A program made the translations under genes and the position numbers. Below, in pieces: positions 28,328-39,185 of a stretch of 64,000 nucleotides of DNA. How positions within the stretch are numbered: position 1 is the first letter of the stretch; each line of letters opens with the position of its first letter. The notes below the pieces were generated by a model. It was not told the DNA's origin, ran no database searches, and worked only from the letters and a program-made list of their open reading frames with translations. Origin of the DNA: an uncultured bacterium (GTDB lineage Bacteria > Verrucomicrobiota > Verrucomicrobiia > Verrucomicrobiales > DEV007); contig CAXBMO010000002.1 in the NCBI GenBank assembly GCA_963977015.1, positions 320,001-384,000 of the forward strand, written 5' to 3'.

Positions 28328-31300
28328 ATGCACACAGAACCTAGGCTCGTCCGATTTATCAGACGTCTCCACCGCCGTGCCGATGCGCAAACGGCAACCG
28401 AACGCCGGCTCCATTTCGAAAGTCTCGAAGCCCGCATCCTCTATTCTGCCGCTCCAGTTGAAGGCGGCGAAGCTCAAACACCTTCCCCGATCGAAGAAGG
28501 AGAACCGATCGCCGACCACGTTGCCTCTTCGTTTTCCGAGTCGGTTCATCCAGAGTTGGAGCTACCGAACGCTCCTTCCACGACTGACGACGTTGCGGAA
28601 ATCCCCGCCGAACCTGAAATCACGGATGAATCCCAGTTTTTTAGCATCGGACCGGATTCTATAGTGATCGGGGCGGACGATGCGGAAGAACCGGCTGAGT
28701 TGTTTTACAGCTTGTCACCGGAACACGAAACCACGGTCCTAACCCAGGAGCAGGTTGAGGATTTGGCCGCAGCAGCTGCCGAACGCTGGGGCAAGACCGG
28801 CCTCACGGCCGAGCAATCCACCGCACTTGCCAACGTGACTTACCAGCTTGCAGATCTCTCCGGCAACTTCCTTGGCGCGATGGAGGGCGACGTTATCACC
28901 ATCGATCTGGATGCCGCAGGCCGGGACTGGTTCGTCGATGCAACGCCACTGGAGGATGAGGAGTTTGTCTCCTCGCCGGATTCGCCGACGCGGTTGATCG
29001 CGGAAATGGACAGTGCGGCTGATAACAAAGTGGACTTGCTGTCCATTTTGTTACACGAACAGGGCCATATCTTGGGCCTGGACGATATTTCGGCCAGCGT
29101 TAATTCGGGAGACGTGATGAATCAGTGGTTCGTCGAAAGCGAGCGGAGAGTCGCAACGGACGGACAGGCCGAAGGCGCGGTCGCCGGGAGTCTGGAAGGC
29201 GTTCACCATGCCTCACTGGCGGGCGATATCGCGTTTGTCGGATACAATGCAGATGGAGACAAGGACTTTGCGATTGTGGCACTAAGTGATATCGCAGCGA
29301 ACAGCATCATTTATTTTACCGACAACGAACCGAGTGAATCCGGAGGATTAATCGACACCAATGAAGGCGTTTTAACCTGGAATTCCGGGGAGAGCGTCCT
29401 TTCCGCCGGGACGGTGGTGATTTTCACGGACCTGGACAACGATAGCAATCCAAACTTTGGCGCAAGCATTGGGGACTTAGCGCGAACGTCGGGTAATTTC
29501 AATCCTGCGGTGGGTGGTGACGGTATTTATGCTTATTTGGGCACTGACAACGTGAACCCAACCACGTTTCTTGCCGCCATTGCAAATGACGACTTTGGTT
29601 CTGCCGAAACCGGCACTCCGGCGAACGCAGGGCTTTCAAAAGGAACGACGGCTGTTGAGTTTAATACCACCAATCACGATGGAGGGGTCTACACTGGCCC
29701 GCGTTCCGGCAAAGCCAGCTTTTCAGAATACCTGGCGGAGATTGGCGATCCCACAAACTGGTCGACCAATTCGAGCGATGGAGAAACGTTGCTTCCTTTT
29801 TCCACCACCTCGTTCACTGTAACCTCATCCCCACCCACCACGGTCTACGTCAAGAATACCTGGACGGAGCAGAGCGACATCACCGATGGAGACGGCGATC
29901 TGGAAGCCGCAGGCACGCAGACGGCAACGTTTGGAACCAATGCGTTCGGGGATCTCGCCACGGCGATCGCCAATTTGGATACGACTCAGCCAGTCACGTT
30001 AATTGTGAATGCGGGGACTTATGGGGATCTGGATCTGAGTGGTCTCACCAACAACGTCACCGTGAAGATCGTTGAAGACCAAGCCGCAGGAAGTGCATCC
30101 ACTACGATCGGAGAGCTTACCGGCTCCAACAATGTCACTCTGGAACTTGGCAACATCGATGGGACCCACACAACGGCGACAAGCCTAACCGTGGCCAGCG
30201 GAAATTTCGAGGGAGTCATCAGCGGCGACGGTGGATTGGTGAAAACAGGCACCGGCACATTGACGCTCGGTGGAGCCAACAGCTACGCGGGCACGACGAC
30301 AATTGCGGCGGGAAGACTCTCCGCAACCAATTCCGGAGCACTTGGCACAAGTTCGGTGGCGCTGGATGGAGGAATCCTGAGAACCAACGTAAGCCTTACC
30401 AACGACATCAGCCTGGACGATGTGACCACGTCGTTTTCCAATACGATTGAGGTAGACGGGAACTACCACATTCTCAGCGGGAAGATATCTGGCGCAGGAG
30501 GACTCACGGTGGGTGAGGTTGGAGGTGGGGCCGACGGATTGGCGTTGTCCAATTCGGCGAATGATTTCCAGGGCGATGTCTCCTTCACCGGTGATAACGT
30601 CTATCTGAGGCTCGATGCCGACGAGGTCATCACGGATACCGCTACCATCTATCTCAACGGTAACGCGCTCAAGCTCCAGGGCGAAAACCGGACGGAAACC
30701 ATCGCGGGACTCAGTGGCGACGGACGGATCTTTGCTTCCAATTCCGGAAATGGCCCCACGCTACGGGTCGGGGCCGGGGATGCCACGAGTGAATTTTCAG
30801 GGCAATTCGGTGGCGGCGGCGGAGCCAATGATAAGAACATCAATCTCGAAAAGATCGGCAGTGGAACATTGACGCTCTCTGGAAGTAATTCCAACTATAC
30901 CGGAACCACGACCATTACTGCGGGCAGGCTCTTCACCACCGATTCCGCAGCGCTTGGGGCAAGCTCCTTGGTTATGAATGGTGGAATCTTGAAGACCAAT
31001 GTGAGTCTCGCCAACGACATTAGCCTGGATGATGTGACCACAACGACGTCCAACGCGATTGAAGTCGATGGTAACTACCATGTTCTGAGTGGAAAGATTG
31101 CGGGAGCCGGAGGGCTGACGGTGGATGAAGTCGGCGGGGGCAGCGACGGCTTGGCGTTGTCCAACTCGGCCAACGACTTTCAGGGGGACGTTACGATAAC
31201 GGGAACCAGTGTATTTTTGCGACTCGATGCTAACGAAGTTATTCCTGACACAGCAAGCGTTTTTGTGGGTGCCGGTGGCAACCTAAGGATCGAAGGGGAT

Positions 31301-34300
31301 GGTCGGACGGAAACAATCGCAGGCCTCAACGGCAGCGGTCGGATATTCGCCTCCAGCCCAACCATCGAATCCATGCTGATCGTTGGATCTGGCAACGCTA
31401 CTAGCGAATTTTCCGGCTATATTGGCGGGGGAAATGCCAACAACAAGAACATCAGCCTGGAAAAGATCGGCGATGGAACGTTGACGCTATCAGCCTCGAA
31501 TTCGAACTACACAGGCTCGACAACGGTCTCTTCGGGAACTTTGCTGGTGACCGGAGATAGCTCGAGCACGACCGGTCAGGTAACGGTGAACGCCAACGCC
31601 ACACTGGGTGGAACGGGCACCGTTGGGGGTGACGTCACCATCGACGACGATGGAATTCTTGCCCCGGGCGTGAGCGGCGCGGGTACGTTGACAGTTGGCA
31701 ACTTGATCCTCAATGGCGATCTCCAAACCCAGATCAACGGCGTCGATACGGCTGGAACGGACTACGATCAATTGATCGTGGATGGCACCGTCACTCTGGG
31801 CGCTACCGCGGCCTTGGTTGCCAGTGGAAGCACCAGTTCGAATGGCACGATCACAATCCTCTCGAATGATTCAACCGACGCCATCGGAGGGAGCGCAGCC
31901 TTCAGCAACTTCGCCGAAGGCGATACGGTGACGGTCAATGGAAAGAATTTTTTCATCACCTATGCGGGGGACACCGACAGCAACGACGTTGTCCTAACCC
32001 CCGCTCCGGCACCCACCACCGTTTACGTCGATGCAACGTTTACCGGTGATGGGACGGTGGATGGTGATCAGGAAGCGGCAAACTCGCAGGATGCCACGCT
32101 CGGACGGGATGCGTTTGCGACCATTGCGGACGCCTTAAATGCGCTGAGCACGACCGAATCGGCTACGCTGATTATCAACTCCGGAACGTATGGTGCCCTG
32201 GATCTGAGTGGATTCACAAACGACGTTACCATCAAATTCGTGGAAGGAAACAGCTCCATCACCTCGCTCACAGGCGGAGCGAATGTCGCAATCCACCTGG
32301 ATGACGACGCGGAACATTCCTTCGCGACGACATTGACCGTGGGAGACGACACCGACACCACTTACTCCGGAACCATTAGCGGAACTGGAGGGCTGACCAA
32401 AACCGGATCGGGAATCTTGACGTTGACCGGAACCAGCACGTTTTCGGGAGCCACCGCAGTCGACAATGGCACGCTCAGGCTGAACAAGTCCGGTGCGAGC
32501 TTTAACGCTGGGTTGTTCACGAATACTTCTTCGATAACGATTGCCACCAATGCCACTCTGGAGGTAACCAGCAGTTGGAACGTCAAAGACACTACCCCGG
32601 TTGTTGTGAACGGTGGGGTCCTCCATGTCACTTCGGCAGCCAATTACCTGAACGACCTTACCCTCAACGACGGAGCCCTGATCAGCGGGAATTTATTCCG
32701 TGTGGGCTATTCCCGGGACGCATCGATCACCGTCGGCGGCTCCTCGGCGTCGACCATTAGTGCCGACATCTATTTGGTCAACAATTCCAATAATACGGGC
32801 ATTCGTCAGGTCACTTTCAACGTCGCGGACCTCGCGACTGGAACGGACCTGGTTGTCTCCGGAGTGATCCGTGATTTGGGCCAAAACGGCACGTCTCCAA
32901 CACTCCTGGGAACCGACCTGGTCAAAACGGGCGGTGGAACATTGACGTTGAGCGGTGCCAACACTTACACCGGGAACGTGAACGTTAATGCGGGAACTGC
33001 GGTGATCGGAAATCGCTATGCCTTCGGCACCCTGGATACCGCCGTCACCAAGGTGAATGTCGCTTCCGGGGCAACCGTTGATTTCAATGGCGTCAATAGC
33101 GCGACGTACGGTTACACCATCGCCGGAACTGGAGTTGGTGGCAATGGCGCCCTGGTGAACAACGGCTCCACCTTGGGAACTGGTATTGCCCAGGCATCCA
33201 ACATTACCCTGGCAGCGGATGCGACGATCGGCGGCACGGGTGACTGGGCGCTATTGGCTGCCAGTTATGGAGCGACGACCCTTGATTTGGCCGGCTTCAC
33301 CCTGACCAAGGCAGGCTCCAACACATTTACCCTGGTGAACGCCACGGTGACTGCCGGAGCCCTCAATATTTCCGAAGGCACAGTGACTCAGTACGACCAC
33401 AACGACCAGAACCCCGATGGCCACGACCTCAAAGACGTCGCGGTTACGCTCGCGGATACGGCGGGAGCCACCTTGAATCTGAACGACCTGAATCTCTCCG
33501 TCGGTTCGCTGGGCGGGGGCGGTTCCACCGGTGGCAATGTGAGCCTGGGCAGTGGCACGCTCACTGTCGGAAACCTGAACACGGATACCAGTTATTCCGG
33601 CGTGATTAGCGGTGACGGAGGAGTGACCAAGATCGGAACGGGAACGCTGACCGTTGGCGGAACGATTACTGCGCTCGGAGAAACGACCATCAGTGACGGG
33701 GTTCTAAAATTGGGAGCAGACGGAGCGCTTGGTGATAGCAGCAGTGGCAAAACCGTGATCAATGGGGGAACCCTGGACATCGCCGGATTTAGAGCGATCG
33801 GCGAGTTGGTCGAAGCTCAGGGGACCGGGTATCTGGATCAGGGCGCAATCACCAGCACTGGAGTTATTTCTCAAGCGAACGCCTTTAACAATTTGGTCTT
33901 CACCGGAGATACCACGATCAACAATCCAACCGATTTTCGTTTCGATGTGTATGGGAACGTGGACATGGGCGGTTACACGGTGACAAAGATCGGCGGTGGG
34001 CTGATCTACTTCAAGAAAATCACCCTTGCCAATCCCGGGAACGTCATCATTTCCGGAGGCAGGTTTTATCTGGAAGAATACACCGATTTCGACGGAACGG
34101 GGACGATTACGGTGGAGTCCGGGGGGATCCTCTACCTCAACCGAAGCCAACATGCGGACGGGTCCGACATCACGCATGACGGAGGCCTGGTGCTTAACCA
34201 TGGCAGCTTTCTGTTTTCGGGAAGTTATCTCGGAGTCGATGTCTATCCGACCATTGCCGGGGATGTCACGCTGGGCTCGGGAACAACGACGATTTCAACC

Positions 34301-37300
34301 AACAACGGTACTGCAGCCTCGGGCGAAACTGAGCCGAGCAAAGCACACCTGACCCTTTCCGGTGACATCAGTGGCGCGGGTGGATTGAACAAATCAGGGC
34401 CCAATAGCCTGACCTTGAGCGGGAACAATTCCTACACCGGCGACACCAACGTGACGAATGGCTCGTTGATCCTGAATTCCACGGGAACCGCAATCGCGGG
34501 GACGTTGAAAATTGGGGCGAGTGGTTCGGTCCAGTTGGCGGCATCGGACCAGATTGCCGACTCGGCTACGGTGGAGATCACCAATGGCGGCACCATGGAC
34601 CTGACCGGGATTGATTCCGTCACCGTTCTGAAGATCGGCGGCGTGGCCCAGGCTGATGGCACCTATGGAGCGACCGGCAGTGGAGCCACGTTCATCAATG
34701 ACAGCGTTTTCTCCGGAACCGGCGTCCTTGCCGTCGGGGTCTCCACCTTGAGTATTTCCGATGCGACGGCGACGGAAGGAACGGACAGCCATGTGGAGTT
34801 TGAGTTCAGCCTGGACAAACCCAGCCCCGTGGATCTGGCGTTCAGCCTTGTCCTGGCCGGGAGCGGCGGAACTCCGGCAACCATCGGCACGGACACCGGC
34901 AGCGGTATGGAGTTTTCCACCAATGGCGGCACGGACTGGAGTGCGGTAACTGGGAATGTGACCCTGACGGCAGGCGCGACCAGTCTCCTGGTCCGCACCA
35001 GCGTGACCGACGACTTCCTGGCGGACGATGGCGAAACGTTTACGCTCACCGCCACTCTGGAAAGCGGTGCCTTGACCAACACCGGCCCGGAAACGGCCAC
35101 CGCGACTCTCAGCGATGACACCGACACCGCCTTGGTCACCATCTCCGGCCCGGCCACGGTGAACGAAGGCGATACCACCGCAACCTACACGGTCACGGTC
35201 GATCAAACTCCGGTCAGCGATATCACGGTAAACTTGAGCTACAGCGGAACGGCCACCGGAAGCGACTACACCCAGCAGGCCAGCGTCACCATCCTGGCCA
35301 ACACCACCTCCGCCACGTTCACGTTGCCGACCGATGATGATTCGGATGTCGATCCTGACGAAACGATTGTGATCGATCTTGATTCCGTCACGGGCGGGGG
35401 ATTTGAGGCGATCGCGGAAGGGGCCACGAATCAGGTCACCACGGTGATCGCCGACAACGACGTCGTTTCCTCCACCACCGTTTACGTCGATGCGACCTTC
35501 ACCGGAAGTGGCACGGTGGATGGTGATCAGGAAGCGGCCGGATCGCAGGATGCCACGATTGGAACGGATGCGTTCGCGACGATTGCCGACGCCCTGGATG
35601 CGCTGAGCACGACCGAACCGGCAACGCTGATCATCAACTCCGGCAGCTACGACGCGTTGGATTTGAGCGGGTTCAGCAACAATGTGACCGTGAAATTTGT
35701 CGAAGGCGATAGCACGATCGCGTCCCTGACCGGCGGCGCCAACGTCGCGATTCATCTGGATGACGACGCGGAGCATTCCTTCGCCACGACGCTGACGGTG
35801 GGGGATGGGAGCGACACCGTTTTTGCCGGAGTGATTTCCGGAAACGGCTCGCTGCAGAAAATCGGCAGCGGAGAATTGACCCTGACCGGGCAGAGCACCT
35901 TCTCCGGCGACACCCGCTTGGATGAGGGGACGCTGACGTTGGCGGCGAGTGGTGGAGCGACCCTCGCTTCCGGAAGCGATCTCTCTGTGGGCGATCCTGT
36001 TTTGACGGAGTCCTCACCGCCCGCAGGCAGCGTTCAGGCGGTGATCGATAGGGGTGCTGCGGACGTGAACCTGAACGTCCAAGCCGACCAAAGCTTCGCG
36101 CGTTTGACCTTCGCGCGTCCCAGCGCAAGCCAGCATGATTTGACGATCGACTCCGGCGTAACTTTGACCGTGACCAGCGGATTCACGGTCAGCACCAAGA
36201 CCGAGTTTCAGGACAGTTCAGGCAATCGGAGTGTCCCGGGTTCGATCAAACTGGTCGTGACGGGTGAGGGCACACTCACTCAGACCGGCGGCGATTTTCG
36301 GGTGGAAAACGATGGCTCCTTTACCCTCAACACCATGCCTGCCGAATTGGACATGTCGGGCTTGGCGACCTTCTCGGCCTCGGTCAGTTCCTTCCTGGTC
36401 GGGTCTGGCAACGCGATGGGTTCGGTGCATCTGGCGCAGGACAGTGCGATTTCGACGACGAACCGGTTCTACGTTGGCGCTTATGGCAACTCCTCCCCTC
36501 ACGACAGCTACCTGATTCTCGGTCAAACCACGGTGATCAACACCGATGACATGCAGGTAGGAGTGAAAAAGACCAACGGAACGGTTCGGTTTGCCGACGG
36601 GCTCGTTGGCGCCACCTTGACCCTCCGGGGCGAGGGCGGAACCGGTGGCCCTGCTCTGGTGATGGGAGACCGTATTTACAACGGCGGAATCGGTTCTGAT
36701 GCGGGCGGCCTGCTCGATTTCTCCGGCGGAGCAGCGGATGTGGCCTTCGGCTCGATACTGCTTGGGAAAACCGGAAGTTCCTCCGGGACCAGTAGTGGTA
36801 GCGGTTTCGGTACGATTCTGCTGGATGCCGGAGACGTGCTTACGGCAGAGAGCCTCACGATGTCGGAAACCGACCCCACGCCGGGTTCCAATCCCAACAT
36901 GACAAGCCGGGGAACCCTGACGATCGGAACGGGTGCTTCCGCCACGATTGGCACTCTCACCCTGGGCAGTCGCCAAAGCGAGAGCGACACTCCGATTGAC
37001 GCGACCGTGAACGTGGATGGCGGCACCCTCACGGTGGACAAACTTCAGGGAGGAGCTGATCAGAACAACAGTCCGAACGACAGCCGAGTCGTCAATCTCA
37101 CAAGCGGAACTCTGGCGGTGGGAAGTTTCGATCAGGTTCCGGTGACGGGAGTCACGGCGGGTCCGGTCGTGCTCAATCTGGATGGCGGAACGCTGACCCA
37201 CCTCGCCGGGGAGGACCTGACGATTGCGTCGCTCTTCGATCTTCAGGTGCTGAGTGCCTCCACCATCCTGACCGATACCGGGCGCAGCATCAGCATCAGC

Positions 37301-39175
37301 GAAGTGCTGGATGGAGCCGGGGCTCTCACCAAGTCGGGAAGTGGGACGCTGACGCTGAGCGCGGAGAATACTTATGCCGGCGGAACCACCGTCTCCGGCG
37401 GTACCCTTTTCGCCACCAATACGGCAGGCTCGGCCACGGGCAGCAGTAGCGTGACGGTGGAAAACGGGGGAACCCTGGCGGGCACCGGAATCATCAGCGG
37501 ACAGACCACGGTGGAAAGCGGCGGCATTTTGGCGCCCGGCGTGGATGGAATCGGCACCTTGACGTTGGCAGGTGGCGGAATCGTAAATGGCAGTGTCATC
37601 CTGGAAGTGGATGGAACCGGAGCAGGAACCGCAGATTTCCTCGACGTCGTTGGAACGCTGACCGTGTCCGGCGCAACGATGGATGTGCGGGTAAGCGGGG
37701 CCGCTCCCGATGATGCAGCCTACACTCTAGCCTCGTTCGGCACGTTGACGGGAGCCGACACGACCACGGATCTCGTTCCAGCCGGTTATGAGTTGATCGA
37801 CCGGGGCGGAGAAATCCTCTTGGTCGATTTGGCCGACTCACCCACGGTGACCAGCCCCACCACGCAGGAGGACACGCCGACCACCGTCACCGTGACCCGC
37901 GCCCCAGGCGATCACGCCACCCATTTCCAAGTCACCAACATCGCGGGAGGTTCCATCACCGGCGTCAACGAGGGAGACTTCGTCGCATTTGGCTCCGGCG
38001 GCAGCGTCGCCCTGACATTCACCCCGGCGCCGGACGCGAGCGATCCCGGGACCTTCGGGGTCGATGTGCAGGCGAGCCGTAGCGCAGACGTTTCCGGACT
38101 GGGTGGAGCGATTGTTTCCTCGACGATTTCGGTTACTCCGGTTGCGGGATCTCCTGATCTTGCGGTCGCCAGCTTGGCGATCGATCCCACCGTTGGAGTC
38201 CCCACCAGTCTTGGCCTAAGCTTCACCGCGGGCGATCCTACCGATACGGATGAAACCGTCATCGTGACCGTCAGTGGAATCCCGGCCGGCACGGAAATTC
38301 TTTTGGGCGATCCGACGTTGTTCCTCTCCACATCGGCCAACAGCGGAGACGTTTCCGATGGGTCGGATCTGGTCCTCGAACTCGACCGATCCCAGTTCGC
38401 AGCGGCCACGGATCTGGATGTTTCCCTGACTTTCGCTGCGCCGGTTGCCGATCTGGACCTCACCATCACATCCGTTTCCACGGACGGCGTCGCCACGGCA
38501 ACCCAAACCACCGTTCTCCGCGCCAATGCCACGAATGCTCCCCGTGGCGAAGGAGGAGCACCTCCGGCCACTCCAAAGACAACTGACGACGCCGGGTCGA
38601 CGGGAACGCCAACTCAATCCACTCCTTCTGAATCCGGGAACTCCTCATCAGGCTCCGGGCCGGAAGCCAACCTCAACGACCTCTTCGATGCGCTGCGGAC
38701 CAACTCGGCCATCAACGAAGCCGAGTCCGGCTTGGGTCTTTCCTCCTCGACCCGCCCATCGCTCGAACTCTTCGTTGGAGTTCAAATGTCCGGATTGGAC
38801 GAAAGCGGGCTTCCATCGCAACGCGTTTCCTACTTCGCCTTTGTCGGTGGAGAAAGCGGCTCGACGGTCGAGATCAACCTGCGCTCCGGCGACCGATTGC
38901 TGACGTCAGGTCGCGGAACGGTGGATGGCAACGGCAATTTTGAACTGCAACTGACCAGCGTGTTCGACGATGGCGGCTTTTACGTCGCCGAGGTCACCGT
39001 CACACCACCGCCCCTTCCCGGGATCGATCCCCGGCCCTCCGAGGTCTACTACGTGGAGTTCAACGGCGGAATCCTGCCAACGTTGAGCGAACTGCAAAGT
39101 TTGGAGGAAGGCGACATCTTCGGCCAAATGCTCCAGGCGATACGTTCGCCGAATGGTCCCGTGGCGCTGGCTTAG
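28328..39175 (+). CDS. Giant (3615 aa) secreted/surface protein: LEPR-XLL motif, metzincin-like motif, autotransporter-associated beta-strand repeats, Calx-beta-like domains
   Basis: FESLEARILYSA; HEQGHILGLDD..DVMN; many KxGxGTLTLxGxNxYxGxTxxxxG repeats; LSISDATATEG..DDFLADDGETFTLT and DDDSDVDPDETIVI. Confidence 0.9.
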   Translation: MHTEPRLVRFIRRLHRRADAQTATERRLHFESLEARILYSAAPVEGGEAQTPSPIEEGEPIADHVASSFSESVHPELELPNAPSTTDDVAEIPAEPEITDESQFFSIGPDSIVIGADDAEEPAELFYSLSPEHETTVLTQEQVEDLAAAAAERWGKTGLTAEQSTALANVTYQLADLSGNFLGAMEGDVITIDLDAAGRDWFVDATPLEDEEFVSSPDSPTRLIAEMDSAADNKVDLLSILLHEQGHILGLDDISASVNSGDVMNQWFVESERRVATDGQAEGAVAGSLEGVHHASLAGDIAFVGYNADGDKDFAIVALSDIAANSIIYFTDNEPSESGGLIDTNEGVLTWNSGESVLSAGTVVIFTDLDNDSNPNFGASIGDLARTSGNFNPAVGGDGIYAYLGTDNVNPTTFLAAIANDDFGSAETGTPANAGLSKGTTAVEFNTTNHDGGVYTGPRSGKASFSEYLAEIGDPTNWSTNSSDGETLLPFSTTSFTVTSSPPTTVYVKNTWTEQSDITDGDGDLEAAGTQTATFGTNAFGDLATAIANLDTTQPVTLIVNAGTYGDLDLSGLTNNVTVKIVEDQAAGSASTTIGELTGSNNVTLELGNIDGTHTTATSLTVASGNFEGVISGDGGLVKTGTGTLTLGGANSYAGTTTIAAGRLSATNSGALGTSSVALDGGILRTNVSLTNDISLDDVTTSFSNTIEVDGNYHILSGKISGAGGLTVGEVGGGADGLALSNSANDFQGDVSFTGDNVYLRLDADEVITDTATIYLNGNALKLQGENRTETIAGLSGDGRIFASNSGNGPTLRVGAGDATSEFSGQFGGGGGANDKNINLEKIGSGTLTLSGSNSNYTGTTTITAGRLFTTDSAALGASSLVMNGGILKTNVSLANDISLDDVTTTTSNAIEVDGNYHVLSGKIAGAGGLTVDEVGGGSDGLALSNSANDFQGDVTITGTSVFLRLDANEVIPDTASVFVGAGGNLRIEGDGRTETIAGLNGSGRIFASSPTIESMLIVGSGNATSEFSGYIGGGNANNKNISLEKIGDGTLTLSASNSNYTGSTTVSSGTLLVTGDSSSTTGQVTVNANATLGGTGTVGGDVTIDDDGILAPGVSGAGTLTVGNLILNGDLQTQINGVDTAGTDYDQLIVDGTVTLGATAALVASGSTSSNGTITILSNDSTDAIGGSAAFSNFAEGDTVTVNGKNFFITYAGDTDSNDVVLTPAPAPTTVYVDATFTGDGTVDGDQEAANSQDATLGRDAFATIADALNALSTTESATLIINSGTYGALDLSGFTNDVTIKFVEGNSSITSLTGGANVAIHLDDDAEHSFATTLTVGDDTDTTYSGTISGTGGLTKTGSGILTLTGTSTFSGATAVDNGTLRLNKSGASFNAGLFTNTSSITIATNATLEVTSSWNVKDTTPVVVNGGVLHVTSAANYLNDLTLNDGALISGNLFRVGYSRDASITVGGSSASTISADIYLVNNSNNTGIRQVTFNVADLATGTDLVVSGVIRDLGQNGTSPTLLGTDLVKTGGGTLTLSGANTYTGNVNVNAGTAVIGNRYAFGTLDTAVTKVNVASGATVDFNGVNSATYGYTIAGTGVGGNGALVNNGSTLGTGIAQASNITLAADATIGGTGDWALLAASYGATTLDLAGFTLTKAGSNTFTLVNATVTAGALNISEGTVTQYDHNDQNPDGHDLKDVAVTLADTAGATLNLNDLNLSVGSLGGGGSTGGNVSLGSGTLTVGNLNTDTSYSGVISGDGGVTKIGTGTLTVGGTITALGETTISDGVLKLGADGALGDSSSGKTVINGGTLDIAGFRAIGELVEAQGTGYLDQGAITSTGVISQANAFNNLVFTGDTTINNPTDFRFDVYGNVDMGGYTVTKIGGGLIYFKKITLANPGNVIISGGRFYLEEYTDFDGTGTITVESGGILYLNRSQHADGSDITHDGGLVLNHGSFLFSGSYLGVDVYPTIAGDVTLGSGTTTISTNNGTAASGETEPSKAHLTLSGDISGAGGLNKSGPNSLTLSGNNSYTGDTNVTNGSLILNSTGTAIAGTLKIGASGSVQLAASDQIADSATVEITNGGTMDLTGIDSVTVLKIGGVAQADGTYGATGSGATFINDSVFSGTGVLAVGVSTLSISDATATEGTDSHVEFEFSLDKPSPVDLAFSLVLAGSGGTPATIGTDTGSGMEFSTNGGTDWSAVTGNVTLTAGATSLLVRTSVTDDFLADDGETFTLTATLESGALTNTGPETATATLSDDTDTALVTISGPATVNEGDTTATYTVTVDQTPVSDITVNLSYSGTATGSDYTQQASVTILANTTSATFTLPTDDDSDVDPDETIVIDLDSVTGGGFEAIAEGATNQVTTVIADNDVVSSTTVYVDATFTGSGTVDGDQEAAGSQDATIGTDAFATIADALDALSTTEPATLIINSGSYDALDLSGFSNNVTVKFVEGDSTIASLTGGANVAIHLDDDAEHSFATTLTVGDGSDTVFAGVISGNGSLQKIGSGELTLTGQSTFSGDTRLDEGTLTLAASGGATLASGSDLSVGDPVLTESSPPAGSVQAVIDRGAADVNLNVQADQSFARLTFARPSASQHDLTIDSGVTLTVTSGFTVSTKTEFQDSSGNRSVPGSIKLVVTGEGTLTQTGGDFRVENDGSFTLNTMPAELDMSGLATFSASVSSFLVGSGNAMGSVHLAQDSAISTTNRFYVGAYGNSSPHDSYLILGQTTVINTDDMQVGVKKTNGTVRFADGLVGATLTLRGEGGTGGPALVMGDRIYNGGIGSDAGGLLDFSGGAADVAFGSILLGKTGSSSGTSSGSGFGTILLDAGDVLTAESLTMSETDPTPGSNPNMTSRGTLTIGTGASATIGTLTLGSRQSESDTPIDATVNVDGGTLTVDKLQGGADQNNSPNDSRVVNLTSGTLAVGSFDQVPVTGVTAGPVVLNLDGGTLTHLAGEDLTIASLFDLQVLSASTILTDTGRSISISEVLDGAGALTKSGSGTLTLSAENTYAGGTTVSGGTLFATNTAGSATGSSSVTVENGGTLAGTGIISGQTTVESGGILAPGVDGIGTLTLAGGGIVNGSVILEVDGTGAGTADFLDVVGTLTVSGATMDVRVSGAAPDDAAYTLASFGTLTGADTTTDLVPAGYELIDRGGEILLVDLADSPTVTSPTTQEDTPTTVTVTRAPGDHATHFQVTNIAGGSITGVNEGDFVAFGSGGSVALTFTPAPDASDPGTFGVDVQASRSADVSGLGGAIVSSTISVTPVAGSPDLAVASLAIDPTVGVPTSLGLSFTAGDPTDTDETVIVTVSGIPAGTEILLGDPTLFLSTSANSGDVSDGSDLVLELDRSQFAAATDLDVSLTFAAPVADLDLTITSVSTDGVATATQTTVLRANATNAPRGEGGAPPATPKTTDDAGSTGTPTQSTPSESGNSSSGSGPEANLNDLFDALRTNSAINEAESGLGLSSSTRPSLELFVGVQMSGLDESGLPSQRVSYFAFVGGESGSTVEINLRSGDRLLTSGRGTVDGNGNFELQLTSVFDDGGFYVAEVTVTPPPLPGIDPRPSEVYYVEFNGGILPTLSELQSLEEGDIFGQMLQAIRSPNGPVALA
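30250..31500 (+). repeat. Tandem ~200-codon internal duplication in the giant gene
   Basis: TNVSL.NDISLDDVTT..SN.IEVDGNYH.LSGKI.GAGGLTV.EVGGG.DGLALSNSANDFQGDV occurs twice, about 612 nt apart. Confidence 0.85.
32014..32360 (+). repeat. Dispersed ~115-codon module, copy B1 (copy B2 at ~35473..35820, diverged copy near 29835)
   Basis: TTVYVDATFTG.GTVDGDQEAA.SQDAT.G.DAFATIADAL...LTGGANVAIHLDDDAEHSFATTLTVGD in both copies. Confidence 0.85.
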
Positions 39176-39185
39176 ACCAGCTGGT

